Shown: in pieces, positions 11,158-23,284 of the stretch
How positions within the stretch are numbered: the stretch's first letter is position 1
Layout of the letters: each line of letters starts with the position of its first letter
NCBI GenBank assembly: GCA_010015805.1
Contig: ML978129.1
Coordinates: forward strand, 62,001-126,000
Length of the DNA: 64,000 nt
Reading direction: 5' to 3'
From: Rhizodiscina lignyota
Taxonomy: Eukaryota
The notes under the pieces: model-generated
What the model saw: only the letters and a program-made list of their open reading frames with translations
Told to the model about the DNA's origin: nothing
Databases searched by the model: none
Program-made: the position numbers and the translations under genes

Positions 11158-11196
11158 TCGCGTCGATCTGCCGCGGCCAGACGCGTCGGGACGCGT
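11158..11196. promoter_or_regulatory. MCB-like ACGCGT cluster in the divergent DUF924/DUF726 promoter
   Basis: ACGCGT at 11181-11186 and 11191-11196, plus TCGCGT at 11158-11163. Confidence 0.4.
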
Positions 11197-11359
11197 TCAG
11201 CCAATTTTAGCGCGCCTCCGACGTCATCCCGTGCATCCGATCGTCAAGGTCAGCAAGGGATAGCTTCACGCTTGCCGCTGAGCTTCTGCAATTATATTGT
11301 ACTTTCCGTCCTTTATAGTAGATCCGTAGCAAAGCCAGGAATCCACGAATCAGTCGAAG

Positions 11360-13558
11360 ATGCTCTCGAAAGTGAAGGCAAAAGCACAAGCACAGTTTTC
11401 GTCACAGGACGCGGACAAGCAGGAGGATGGAGATTCATTAACGACCGTCCTGGAGACGCAGGAGGAGCGCGGCGAGCTCACCCTCCTAATCGCCAATATA
11501 ACCGAGTCGATGCGGCAGACGATCACAGATGCGTTTGATCCCAAGCAGACGGGACACAAGGCAGATCAGTATTCCAGCATGTCCGCACAGGAGAATTTCG
11601 AAAATGCCAATCTTGATGTAGGCCAAGTCGATGTAGAAGCAGAGGTCAAGAAGCGCCAAGAAGAAGAGAAAAGAGCAAAGGAACTCTCCGCTCCCGCAAT
11701 GACAGAGCTCAAGGATTCTGCTCTCAGGTATTTCGATGACTGGCGAGATTCTGTTCTCCTCCGCATTGGGGAAGTGGTGAATGCGCGCTCGGAAGCACAG
11801 GAATCCAAGAAGAGAGCAAAGGCAACCTCTCATTCACGCTCCGGCTCGTTAGATCAGTCGATACCGACATTAGACAAGCAGGACCATGAAGTATCAAGAG
11901 TGATACAAGAGCTTTATCCACCCGTCAAGACGCCACTCACAAGCTATCCAGAGGAGAAGAGGGCGCTCGTGCTATATTCCATGTTGCTTCTTCTGCTCAG
12001 TTTAGAGCATTATGCTGCGCATTCACGTATACTTCTACTCTACCTTACCAGCAGCCTCAACCTGCCGATCGACTTCCTCACCGAGGACGAGAAAAATATC
12101 TCCCGTGCCCTACTCGCGGCTGTAGAGCAAATGTCGGCAGATGACGAAACCAAAAAGAGAGCGGAAGCGAATGCCTCAAGCCGTAAATGGAAGGTCGGTC
12201 TTGCAGCTGTTGGAGGTGCTGCTCTTCTAGCAGTGACTGGTGGCTTGGCTGCCCCATTGCTCGCAGCCGGTGTGGGTACCGTCATGGGCGGCCTCGGATT
12301 GGGCGCAACGGCGGCTGCTGGCTATCTTGGTACACTGGCAGGGAGCACAGTCCTTGTTGGTGGACTGTTTGGGGCATACGGCGGGCGTATGACGAGCAAA
12401 ATGATGGACAAATACGCCAGGGAAGTTGAAGACTTTGCATTTGTACCGATCCGAGACTTTCATCGACCGAGAAAGATTGAAAAAGAGTATCGGCGTCTGC
12501 GTGTGGCGATTGGGATCAGCGGTTGGTTGACGGATAAGGATGAAGTTGTCAAGCCCTGGCGTATCATTGCTCCGTCGATTGAAGGGTTTGCGTTGAGATG
12601 GGAGTTGGAGAGCCTCCTTAAGCTGGGAAACTCGCTCAGCACTATGGTCAGGAGTGCTGCTTGGGGCGTTGCGAGGACCCAGATCATCAAACAAACAGTT
12701 TTCGGAGCTTTAGCTGCTGGATTATGGCCGCTAGCGTTGGTCAAGGTGTCAAGGATCATCGACAATCCGTTTAGTGTGGCGAAAGCACGTGCTGAGAAGG
12801 CTGGTGAAGTTTTGGCCGACGCTCTAATCAACAAGGCGCAAGGCGAGAGACCGGTGACGCTGATTGGATACTCGCTTGGGGCAAGAGTTATCTACTCGTG
12901 CCTGATGGCGCTTGCACAGCGCAAGGCGTTCGGACTGGTTGAATCAGTGGTCCTATTGGGCGCGCCAGTACCCTCCTCCTCAGGAGATTGGCGAAAGATT
13001 AGGGCTGTCGCGTCGGGCAGAGTGGTTAATGTGTTCTCGAGGAACGACTATATACTGGGTTTCTTATATCGAACGAGCAGCATTCAGTATGGTATTGCCG
13101 GACTCCAGGAAGTCGCCGGTGTAAAAGGCGTCCAGAATGTTGACGTCAGCGAAATGGTCGCCGGGCACACAATGTACAGATACGTAACGGGCAGCATCTT
13201 GAAGAAGATCGGGTTTGAGGATGTGTACGCTGAGGAGGTAGTAAGGGAAGAACAGGAATTGAAGGAAATGCAGAGGCAGGAAGAAGAAGCCAGGAAGAAG
13301 AACGAGAACGCAAAGAAGCAGAAGAACGGTGAAGCAGGCAAAGAGAATGAGAAGGACGATGCAGACGAAGAAGAGGTTAAAGTAATGGAGCAAGAGGTGG
13401 AGCAGAAACAGAAGGAGAGCATGATGGCTTGGATGACTGAAAAATTCCGATTATCAAGAGACACAGTTGGGAATACATGGTCGAGCGTGACGGGGTCTGG
13501 GAAACGAAGCAGCATGAATTCTGGGAAGGGTGGAGCAGGGGCATACGAGGGGACCTGA
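11360..13558 (+). CDS. DUF726 / TMCO4 / Mil1-like membrane protein with alpha/beta-hydrolase-like domain
   Basis: 732-aa single exon. Gly/Ala-rich hydrophobic stretch (GLAAVGGAALLAVTGGLAAP), IIDNPFSVA and RPVTLIGYSLGARV (GxSxG). Confidence 0.9.
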   Translation: MLSKVKAKAQAQFSSQDADKQEDGDSLTTVLETQEERGELTLLIANITESMRQTITDAFDPKQTGHKADQYSSMSAQENFENANLDVGQVDVEAEVKKRQEEEKRAKELSAPAMTELKDSALRYFDDWRDSVLLRIGEVVNARSEAQESKKRAKATSHSRSGSLDQSIPTLDKQDHEVSRVIQELYPPVKTPLTSYPEEKRALVLYSMLLLLLSLEHYAAHSRILLLYLTSSLNLPIDFLTEDEKNISRALLAAVEQMSADDETKKRAEANASSRKWKVGLAAVGGAALLAVTGGLAAPLLAAGVGTVMGGLGLGATAAAGYLGTLAGSTVLVGGLFGAYGGRMTSKMMDKYAREVEDFAFVPIRDFHRPRKIEKEYRRLRVAIGISGWLTDKDEVVKPWRIIAPSIEGFALRWELESLLKLGNSLSTMVRSAAWGVARTQIIKQTVFGALAAGLWPLALVKVSRIIDNPFSVAKARAEKAGEVLADALINKAQGERPVTLIGYSLGARVIYSCLMALAQRKAFGLVESVVLLGAPVPSSSGDWRKIRAVASGRVVNVFSRNDYILGFLYRTSSIQYGIAGLQEVAGVKGVQNVDVSEMVAGHTMYRYVTGSILKKIGFEDVYAEEVVREEQELKEMQRQEEEARKKNENAKKQKNGEAGKENEKDDADEEEVKVMEQEVEQKQKESMMAWMTEKFRLSRDTVGNTWSSVTGSGKRSSMNSGKGGAGAYEGT

Positions 13559-13679
13559 TCACCACGCAATCTATACAGCGAGTAGATTGTGCGCACGATT
13601 GTATGAAGCTCGGTTTGGTTCTAATGCTGGGACATTGGTCTCTCTGTCTATCCGACGCTGCATTCCGCGCCAATGCCGA

Positions 13680-15110
13680 TCAATCCATCTCGTCGTCTCT
13701 CAAATTGAACAGTGCGCCAGTCACCTCAGCCATCTTGGAACGCAGAGCGTTATGGTACATCTGGTTTGTGATATATGTCTTGCAGCCTTTGATCTTCCGC
13801 GCCGTTTCCATGGAAAAGTCATAGTCAACATACATATCGTCGTAATAAACAGCAGCGTAGACGGGTACGGTGTTTGCGGCAAGTTGCTTCTCGTCGTAAA
13901 GATCGGGCCATTCGTCGGCTGTTGCCAGAAGGTCAGCTGCCCCTTTCACCTTACGGAGCTCAAAGTAGTCTTCAAACATCCACGGGAAAATCATCTCGCC
14001 GGTAAAGTAGATGGGGCCGCTGGTGTCGACATCAAATTGGTGGAAATACAGTTTCTGCACCCGGTGTGCGGACCAATTCGCGGCGGAGCCCTTCCCTTGG
14101 GAATAGATTGGTTCATGGAGCATCGAATAGAGGAGATTATCATCAAACGACACCCATTGCTCTATTCGATTCTGAGTCTGCCGTGTCAGATGTCCATATA
14201 GGTCGAGCTCGTTTGATGCACGCAGTACAATTTCTAGAAATATTTAGCTCTCTGCGCGTGTCTTGAATGCCCGACTTGCACCTGACCTACCATGCAAATC
14301 ATCAACGCCGCCATGGAAACCCAGGACTATCCCCAACTGCTGGAAGCGTCGGGGAGTCAGAGTGCCTCCACTTGGCAATACAAGGTCCGATGTTCTTAAC
14401 CATTCCACGATTTTCCGTACGCGCTCAACATCTTCAGGAAATTTGTTGTAGTAAGCTTCGTTCCGCTGGGCGACCTTTTTCCAGGTTCGTTCGTACACAG
14501 GGTCGGGGTCTTTCACCAGTGGCGGCAGACCTCCAAACACAAAAGCTTCTCTCAGGCCCTCGGGGAACATAGACAGGTATGTAGTCGCGCAGAAACCGCC
14601 AAAGCTCTGCCCCATAATGCTCCACTTCTTCTTCTCTTCCGGAAAGTCTGCTGTGAGACATTTGCGAATGGCCTCGCAGTCTTTCACGATGCTATCTGCG
14701 CGAAAAGACCGAAGATAGTCCATCTTAGCTCTATCATTGGGAAGCAAACCGAGGGTAGAGGCTGCTAGAGGAGTACTAAGGCCGGTACCCCTCTGGTCTA
14801 AGAAAAGCATTTGATAGCCACGGTCAAGCACTGTATGCGTAGCGGCCCAGTTCTGCGGCGCAGAGCATTCGAAACCAGGGCCACCTTGGAGGTATACCAT
14901 CCATGGCAATTGTTTCTTTTTCTCATCTTCCTCCGGTGAAGGGTCGGCTGGCTTTTCCGATTTCCGAACACTTCTGGCAAAGAGCTTCAGACTTCCAGCT
15001 TCGGGAGAGGTCCAATCGCGAGGGATACCACCAAAGAAGTATTCTGTGACCTTTAATTTGCCAGGAGTTGTAAAGGTCCTCTGCTCAAGGATTTTCGCAA
15101 CGACAGACAT
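13680..15110 (-). CDS. Proline iminopeptidase (S33 alpha/beta hydrolase)
   Basis: Motifs YLQGGPG, DQRGTGLS, GQSFGG, YYDDMYV and YHNALR. Intron 14234-14290 joins the two ORFs in frame. Confidence 0.92.
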
Positions 15111-15378
15111 TTTCCAAGAATCTCCGAGGAAGTCGGAGGTGTCGTAGGAGAGGGAAGGCGGGTGAGATTAAACACTCACCTTGTCGTCTCGCTCGAAAGA
15201 TACCAGGATGGATCGAAATGGAAGGTGTCCTCCTCACCACTGCAGTCATCACATTAACTCACGTGATATTTTTCAAATTCTCGAAATCTTCTATCACGCT
15301 GAGTCTCCTTTATTTTTGAATACTCTAGATTATTGTCTATAGAATTTACTCTCTATGATTCGCAGTTCGGAGGCGCCT

Positions 15379-16360
15379 TCAAAGCCGAGCCATGTCGTCT
15401 TGAACATCTTTTACCCTTCCCACTTGATCGACAGGTCTATTTGCAAACTTCGCAATCGCTTCGATGCATTGATGCATCTTTTCCACATCCTCTCGAGATA
15501 TGCCGACTCGAACACAGCAGCGCAGATGCCAAAGAGTGGGACCTGGTAAATTCTGGCAAAGGATAGCGGGCATAACCACAAGCTCTGTTTCCAGCATACT
15601 CAGTGTTGAGAGGTCGGAGAGGAAGAACCCGTACGAGATGTTTGTTGAAATCCACTCAACATCACGATGAGCATGGAAGCGATCCATGATCTTCTGGAAG
15701 TCGTCTTGGTAGAGAAAGTTCAGCATGTCAAGGGCTCGCGTCTCATGTGCTTCGTCGGGCCTCCATGCTTCTCTAGACAATTGGTTAGATCAACAGCACC
15801 TTTTGCAGGAGAGATCAATCTTGCCTCGTCCTCGAATAGTCTTTGTCCTCCTCTTTCTCACGGGCCGCAACAGACAGTACTGCTGTCATCACGACAGGAA
15901 TTCCATTAATGATGATACATTTCACCATTGCCTCGCGCATCCGTCGCATGAGTGCCTTGCGCTGCTCTGGAGTAGCATACTCCGGTTTCTCAAGGAGATA
16001 CGAGTACAAGTCTCCGCATAATGCAGCCTTGTTACAGCCGATCAATGCCCCGATCTGCATTTACGTCAACAGCTGATCTCATGCGTACGGACAAGGGTGG
16101 GAGACATACAGCAGCGAGGTACCACTTGTCATTGTGCCATTTTTGAGGAAATTGCTCCTCGAAACTCTGGAGCAGACTCCTAATCTCCGCTCCTGATACG
16201 GAGGAATTGGCGTTTGAATCACTACACTTAACTGGTCAGTCCCTAGCGCAATACCGTTCAGATTCGGAGTGACAATATTTATTAAAAAAATCAGGATATC
16301 AGGAAGGTGGAGAGCTCATCCGCAATGAAAAGCCATCGTACTCCGTACATACCCGCTCAT
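15379..16360 (-). CDS. AhpD-like / carboxymuconolactone decarboxylase-like (Pxp2-related) protein
   Basis: Four exons with introns 16222-16352, 16055-16109 and 15773-15824 (GC-AG). Motifs WYLAA, RMREAMVKC..GIP, YGFFLSD, ETELVV and WHLR..VRVG. Confidence 0.7.
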
Positions 16361-17197
16361 CTCACCCAAGAATTTCCAGCCAAATTTGCCTTCATTAAAG
16401 GGCTTCTCATACTTCAAGTTCAGAATGAAAGCATGACATGAGGACTCTTTATAGATATCTTGTCCAGTAAGACTCGTATTACCTTGACGTTCGGAGGCAT
16501 TGGAAGGCGGAAAGCCGGCAACCTGTGTGCGACGTCAGGGACGTTCTTGGGCGGCAGTCTTACCTAAAGTGTCGACGCTTGATCACCCAGCCCAGCCAGA
16601 TTTCTGTGTCGAGATTAGGTACTGCACGGGACACTATAACTACTGCCCTCCCGGCACTCTTCTGAAAAGTTGAAACCAAGTGGAGCACTTGGCAAGTGCT
16701 TCGTCAACATCAGCAATTCCCCGTTAGGGCTTATGAGGCTCGGACATATCTTCTACTTCTTCTGTATCCGACCTAGCTGCGTATCCATTTCGTTGAGCGG
16801 TTCGTGTTCAGACTCCACCCTTTCAACACTTGTAAGATGGATCATCGCTACGGACTCACTCATCTCGAAGACAGTTATATAGAGCACAGTATGATGTCTA
16901 GACGGCGCGACCCTTCGTCACTCCCCAAAGAAAAGCTAGAAGAGGGATCTGCAGGTGTTCGATAGTGCCTGCCATTGGAAAGAGCAAGCTGCGGCTGCCA
17001 TGATATACCATATATCTTCGCTCACTGTGCTTGAGCAACATCGAAAAAATCGCAGGAGCCGATCGGACATGCTCAAAACACGACTCTGCACAGCTATTTG
17101 TTTTCTTCTGTGTTCCGCGCTCTTCTCTCATCGTCAGTATGGTTTCTTGCCCACTCTATTTCGAACGTTTTAAAGTTTTTTTTGCTCAACAGCCAAG

Positions 17198-18259
17198 ATG
17201 AATCTGATCTACGATGAATTTCTGTACATGGCATTCTACTACAACAGCGCATCAGCTGACGCGGCCGAAAATGGGCTTTGCCTTGCTTTCCTCATCGGAC
17301 CGAACGTCGACAGAAATCGTCTGGACTGCCTCAAGACTCTGGAAAGTTACTATCCGGACAATCAAAGCGGCGTGATACAAACTTTCAACTTTGTAACCGA
17401 CGACGTGCGTCATCCGTTCTACAATTTCTTGCGCATTCGGGTACTGGTCGGATACGTCAAGGACGGCCAATGGCTACGGAATCATTTGAACACAACTGTA
17501 GATGTGCCGCTCAACAGGGAAACATGGGCCCAGGATGTGTTGACACAGGGAACGCTGTCCGACAGCATCATGTTGGCAGAATCGTTTACAACTATTCGGG
17601 CCACTGCGGAGGAAATATGGAATCGCCAGCGCGAATTGCAGTTCTCTGGTAATGGACACCTCCTCTCAGCACCAATGCAGCAACCGCCCATCGATCTTTA
17701 CAACTGTCCTCACAATGGCCGATTCGAAACAGCATTCCACGATGAGGGCGATATTTCCCTGTTTCTCGAGTTATCGGGGCACGGTTTCGACTATCCTTTG
17801 ACGTGGACCTTCCTTTTAGGCCCTTTGCCGCTTGAAGGTGGCAGGCGTCTCTACCGAGTACGCCTCATTATGGACCAGCCAGGCCCGGACGGCCGAAACC
17901 GAGTAGTGACAGACAGCATACCGTTCAACAAGCAGTATTTCTATGAAGGTGGCATAATCATTCACAATGTGGCCCGCTTTGTCATAGCAAAAGTCTTTCG
18001 GTTAAAGGAAGTGAGGAGCGAATTGCGGGAACAGGGCGATTTCGCTGACAGTTTGGATATGGTGCGATCGAAATTGGTGTTCCTCCTGGCTCAGGGGCAC
18101 GCACTTGTGTGGGATCCTCGCTTTGTCACTATGACACCGGAGCCAGTGCTTGCACAATTACAGACTGTTGCCAATGACTATCATCTTAGAAGGCGTGCCA
18201 ATCAAGAGCGTTCTGGCGAAGTCCCTGTTTGGCAGGGGGAGCACCTTTTAGTGGGATGA
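17198..18259 (+). CDS. Hypothetical protein, 353 aa, with apparent internal two-domain duplication
   Basis: Intronless ORF with a plausible start context (ccaagATG) and globular-protein composition. No firm family assignment. Confidence 0.7.
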   Translation: MNLIYDEFLYMAFYYNSASADAAENGLCLAFLIGPNVDRNRLDCLKTLESYYPDNQSGVIQTFNFVTDDVRHPFYNFLRIRVLVGYVKDGQWLRNHLNTTVDVPLNRETWAQDVLTQGTLSDSIMLAESFTTIRATAEEIWNRQRELQFSGNGHLLSAPMQQPPIDLYNCPHNGRFETAFHDEGDISLFLELSGHGFDYPLTWTFLLGPLPLEGGRRLYRVRLIMDQPGPDGRNRVVTDSIPFNKQYFYEGGIIIHNVARFVIAKVFRLKEVRSELREQGDFADSLDMVRSKLVFLLAQGHALVWDPRFVTMTPEPVLAQLQTVANDYHLRRRANQERSGEVPVWQGEHLLVG

Positions 18260-19021
18260 GAGTGAGGTCAGTTACTCGGAGAGAGGAGTAGAAGAGATAC
18301 AGAGTCGAGCTGAGAGCATTGCTGGTAAAGCATTTTTCGGGGATAGAGATATGAGAAAGTGTATCCACACAATCCAACAAAAATTACCATGCAACTTGCG
18401 ACTGTGTCTCAGATGCAAGAATGGCACACCTTGAATCGAACTCATTGTTTGTATTTGGTAAGTCTTCCGTGCAGCCTGTCAAGCAAATTTGAACTGCTGA
18501 CTGTACAATCACGCTACACTAACCATTGCATACAGCGTTGGTAGGTACATGTCCTACTGACCTCTCCATAATCTAACACAATCAAACGAAAGAGCTAAGG
18601 GTTTATCAATTTGAGGCCTAAAGGAAGACCGACATATCTGAGGGGGGCGGCACCGGGAAGAGTTGTAAATTGCTGACGTCGGGGTTCCACGATTGCACGC
18701 TGCATGTGCGGCCGTCAACCTTCCATAACTCCGGCATCTTATTACCAGCCCATGATTGAAATGATACCTATAAAGCTGTAAATAGTCTTTCATGCCTTCA
18801 TTGAGACAGTGTCGATTTTCACTACCCGTAAAAAACGACCAAATTTCAGCTCTCTGTCCTGCTTCACCATCTCCAGCTACACCATCTCCCACTAGCAGTC
18901 CTTCATTTTATCAATTGCTTTATTAGCGTGTTGTTCGACACAATTCACAACGAGCTACTGCTCTCTCTCGCTTATTGCTCTTCAGCGCTCAGATAGTCAT
19001 TCTCTTTCTTAAGGTACCAAC

Positions 19022-20984
19022 ATGAGGTCCATCGGAGAGTTTGTAAGCCGCTCTTATGACTACATAATAATAGGAGGGGGAACCGCCGGGTTGGTGCTGG
19101 CAATGCGGCTCTCTGAAGACTCAGATGTCCATGTCAGCGTGATCGAAGCTGGGAAGAATCGGTTGGATGACATGCTTGTCGATATCCCTGGTTTGCACAC
19201 GCAAATGCTTGGAAATAACGAGTATGAGTGGAACTTCAAGACCACGCCTCAGGTATTTCCTAAAGTAGGATCCCTCATCGTATCGGAAGATTCTGATTTT
19301 ATGCAACTAGAGGGGGAACAAAAACAAGGTCCATCATATGCCGAGAGGGAAGATGCTCGGAGGATCCAGCGGTATCAACTTCATGGTGTACATCCCCGAT
19401 ATGAAATCCCCGGAGTCGAGTAGTATAGCATGCTAATGTATATGTCACAGATATGCTCGAGGCACAACAAATGAATACGATGATTGGGCCAAATTAATCG
19501 GCGACCCCGGCTGGTCGTCGGGAGAGATGATGCATTACATGCAGAAGCACGAAACTCACGACCCAATTGGCGACAGCACTATAGACAGAGCTAAAATGCA
19601 CATCGATCCTGAATTCCACGGCCTTTCTGGTCCGATTCACACAAGTTTCAACGATGGATTCATTCCCATCGAACACGATATCTTCAAAGCCGCGCACGAG
19701 GTTTGCAAACTTCCACCGCCGGAAGATCCCTGGAGCGGAAATCACTTAGGTTTCTCCTTTCACATGGGCATGATATCGCGCTCTGGGCCGAACAAGGGCA
19801 AGAGGAGCTATGCCGCGCGAGATTACTACCAACCTGTCCAGAACCGACCGAATTTGCACGTCATTTGCGAAACCACAGTCTCCCGCATTCTCCTCGACAG
19901 GAGCAATAGGACGGCGACAGGCGTAGAAATCATCCACGGGGCGCAAAAACACACCATTAAGGCTCATCATGAAGTCATACTCTGCTGCGGTACAGTCCAA
20001 TCGCCGCAGATACTTGAACTCAGCGGTATCGGCGATCCGGCGGTGCTGCAAAAGGCTGGCGTCGACTGCCTCGTGCCACTCCCTGGTGTTGGTGCTAATC
20101 TTCAAGACCACGCGATGTCGTTCACCTTGTTCGAGCTTGCCGATGGTGTTACATCTGGTGATATAATTTGGGATCCAGCAGTCATGGCCGAAGCTCAGAG
20201 GGTATACGGAGAGACGCAAAGTGGACCACTAACATCCGTCATCACCTCGTACGGATTCTTTCCCTGTACCTTGTTCACGACGGAGGCAGAGCTTAAGGAA
20301 ACAGTAGCAAGCATCCGCGAGACACAGGGCGCGTCTGAAACGAACGAGTTTGTCAAGAAGCAGCTAGACTGTCTGATCGCGCAGATCAAGAGTCCGAAAA
20401 GCTCAATTGTGCACTTCGGGCTCATCCCAATCTCAACTGGCGGCCTTAATGTTCCTCTTGACCAAAGCAAGCTGGTAGCGCAGCTAGAGCCTGGTGCACC
20501 CCATGGCCTTGCCATGTCGATCAATCTGCAACATCCGGCGAGCAGAGGAAGCGTGCATATCACGAGTGGGGATGTCGCAAAGCCACCCGCGATCGATCCG
20601 GCGTACTTTACACATCCCGCAGATGTCACCGTAATATCGACTAGCCTTCGTCTCATTGATAAGATGGTCGCTACGTCTCATCTCGCCCCTAAAATACGCC
20701 GCCGCGTCGCTCCTCCTCCTGAGATGGACTTATCCGATGCAGCTACGGCAGCGAGCTGGATCGAGGAATTTTCAATGGGACAGTATCATTGCATTGGAAC
20801 GTGTGCGATGGGAGACGTTCTGGATAGTAGACTGAGGGTGAAGGGTGTGAAGGGGTTGAGAGTTTGCGACGCGAGTGTATTTCCGAATCATGTAAGTGGG
20901 AATATTTGCAGCAGTGTATACGCGGTGGCGGAGAAGGGTGCAGATATGATCAAGGAAGACTGGAGTGAACGCCAACAGGGTTAG
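19022..20984 (+). CDS. GMC oxidoreductase (CAZy AA3-like), no signal peptide
   Basis: Motifs [46 protein letters not shown] and [10 protein letters not shown]. Introns 19253-19310 and 19388-19450. Confidence 0.95.
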
Positions 20985-21236
20985 AGTCAGTGAAAAGAAA
21001 TAAGTTGCATATAAAAGCTGAGACAAGAGCTCCTTTGGTTTTGGAATATCACATGCTCTTCTTTGGGAACTTCCTCCTTGCCAAAAGCGGGAAGAGTACA
21101 TATCCTAGACAGTAGAAGAAATTTCTCGACATCCAATCTTTGTAGACGTTCGTCATGTCATAAATGCTTTCGTGTGGCGATATCTGCTTTAATTGATGAC
21201 CGACAATATTCAATTCACTTTCGGATGCCAGCTAGA

Positions 21237-22226
21237 TCAGAAAGTATTCCCAAGATACTTGAGGAATATCTCTCCAATCTCTCTCGGCTTCGACAGCATA
21301 CACCAGTGTCCAGTATCCACTTCTTCATAGGTGAAGTTCGGCAACAGCCCCATCTTCTTCGGACTCTCGATGTAACGTGCCAGGCACACACAATCCCTCT
21401 TGCCTCCAATGAACAGATACGGCACGTTAACCACCCAACGATCCGCCGGCAGATCCTTATCAACCTCGTACTGGTGGCCTTCCGTCGTCGCCCGATACCA
21501 GCACATCGGCGCGTCGAACCCATCGCGCTGCATTCGCGCCACGAAGTCCTGCTTGAGCTCCTCCGTGGCATACGGCTGGCGCTTGCACGTCTTATCCTGC
21601 AGCACCCAGTTCTTGAGCCCGTCCTTCGCGCACAGGGTGTTCATCCATCCCTCCGGTTCGTCGTGGCAAGCGTCGAAGAAGCTCCCCGGATGCGCCATGG
21701 AGATTGGCGGGCCCTCGGCCGGATTGGTGAAGAAATACCAGTACCACTGCGGGAAATAGCCCACCAGCTCCGTGATCTTTGGGCGCACATCGTCGAGCTT
21801 AAATGGGCCTGCTGGTGGTCCCGCTCCGTATGCCACGTTCAGCTGGATGAGGCCGATGCAGCGCTCTGGGTGGTAGTTGTAGACCTTCTGTGCCATCGGG
21901 GAGCCCCAATCGTGGCCGACGCTGATGATTTTGTCGATGCCTTCGTTGTCAAGGATATCACAGAGATCGGCGGTCATGCGATCCCACCTGTATGCTGCCG
22001 GATCTGTAGGCTTCGAGGTTCCGTCGTAGCCCAATAAATCCGGAATTACAAGGCCATAGCCGGCCGGCTTGAGGTGCTTTGTCGCAAGATCCTCCCACAA
22101 GGCGGCATGGTCCGGGAAGCCGTGTGAGAAGAGCAGAGTTGGCTTGCCGGACTTGGCTGGCGAGACATAATAGGTGTAAGTGAAGCCCCGCTTGGTGGTG
22201 ATGGTTTTCTTCGTGAGTTCGTCCAT
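21237..22226 (-). CDS. Epoxide hydrolase-like alpha/beta hydrolase
   Basis: Motifs HGFPD, GHDWG, WYR and TGHW. Likely start is MDELTKK (22226), because the upstream ATG at 22301 abuts a TATATAAA box. Confidence 0.9.
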   Translation of the reverse strand: MDELTKKTITTKRGFTYTYYVSPAKSGKPTLLFSHGFPDHAALWEDLATKHLKPAGYGLVIPDLLGYDGTSKPTDPAAYRWDRMTADLCDILDNEGIDKIISVGHDWGSPMAQKVYNYHPERCIGLIQLNVAYGAGPPAGPFKLDDVRPKITELVGYFPQWYWYFFTNPAEGPPISMAHPGSFFDACHDEPEGWMNTLCAKDGLKNWVLQDKTCKRQPYATEELKQDFVARMQRDGFDAPMCWYRATTEGHQYEVDKDLPADRWVVNVPYLFIGGKRDCVCLARYIESPKKMGLLPNFTYEEVDTGHWCMLSKPREIGEIFLKYLGNTF

Positions 22227-23284
22227 GCCGCTGAAGTCGCGGGAGGTCAAATGGCCAACAATGCGGTTGAGACGCTGACGGAGGGCTGTCACACTCGTCA
22301 TTTATATATGTTGCAACCCCTCGGACACTTTTCTTGTAGATAGTCGTCGTAGATCTAGGATAATGCAAGTTCTCCCGAGCACACTCAGCACGGCGCAGGT
22401 AGGTCCTTGAGCAGATTGCTCGCGTGTGTGGTTTGTCGGTCCTCGATGATCACTGCTTTCTCCGAAGCGCAGTTAATTTCCTCGTTAGTGGCTATCGCCT
22501 TTCCCTACCCTGTCCAAGCTCCTATTCCAGATCCGTTTGCCAAGCTATCAGGTCACAGTGGGAGACTTCTTTTCCAATTGAACTCAGGAATAGTAGATCT
22601 ACCTTGATTAAGCACAGTTCGTGTTATATCAGCTGCTTGTACGTCTCCACTTGGCGTCTCCGCACCCCTCGTTCTAACGGCCGAGTATATGCGGTTGGAT
22701 GGTGTGAGCTGAAAACCGAAGATAAAACAGCCTAGGCTCGCACGGCTGGCTGGATTAGTTAACACTAGGACCAATAGACTTCCCGGTGGGATGCTCGTGT
22801 CAGTGACAACATTGTGCCGGAAGGATTCCAGTTTAAGCCACACCGAGACAATGAGAAGATGCTCGGCACATAAAGTGTACAAGAAGTGCCTTGAAAAGGG
22901 AAATCTCGAGAACAGGAACACTATTCCCCAAGAGACAAAAAACCATCTATCCATCAGCTTGGGCTTACAAAGGCACAGCCTAAAGTATGCAAGTGCTTAC
23001 TTGGCTCCACGCTACAACGATAGCGGCGGCCGCGGGTCGAAAGGGTTGTCTTCATACAATACAATATACATTTTCGTCCTTTTTACATGTGCTTGAGCCT
23101 CGTAACCCCATATACCTTTAAGTATGCAGCCAGAAACCAAGGGCAATAATCAACGGCAAAATAGCCCTTTGTCGAATCCAAAAGCAAACTCCGGATCCAC
23201 TCGGGATCCCAAAAGAACTCCCTATGTTACACTTTTGTGCTTCTCTCCAATAGCGACCTCGCCTTCAGCTCTCCGCAACAGTGT

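Noticed and set aside
16612..16865. Short minus-strand frame after a TATA-like box, with one internal TAG
   Set aside because: No recognisable protein motif; too short to support a pseudogene call.
21063..22037. 324-aa plus-strand ORF
   Set aside because: Antisense shadow of the GC3-rich epoxide hydrolase; no motifs.
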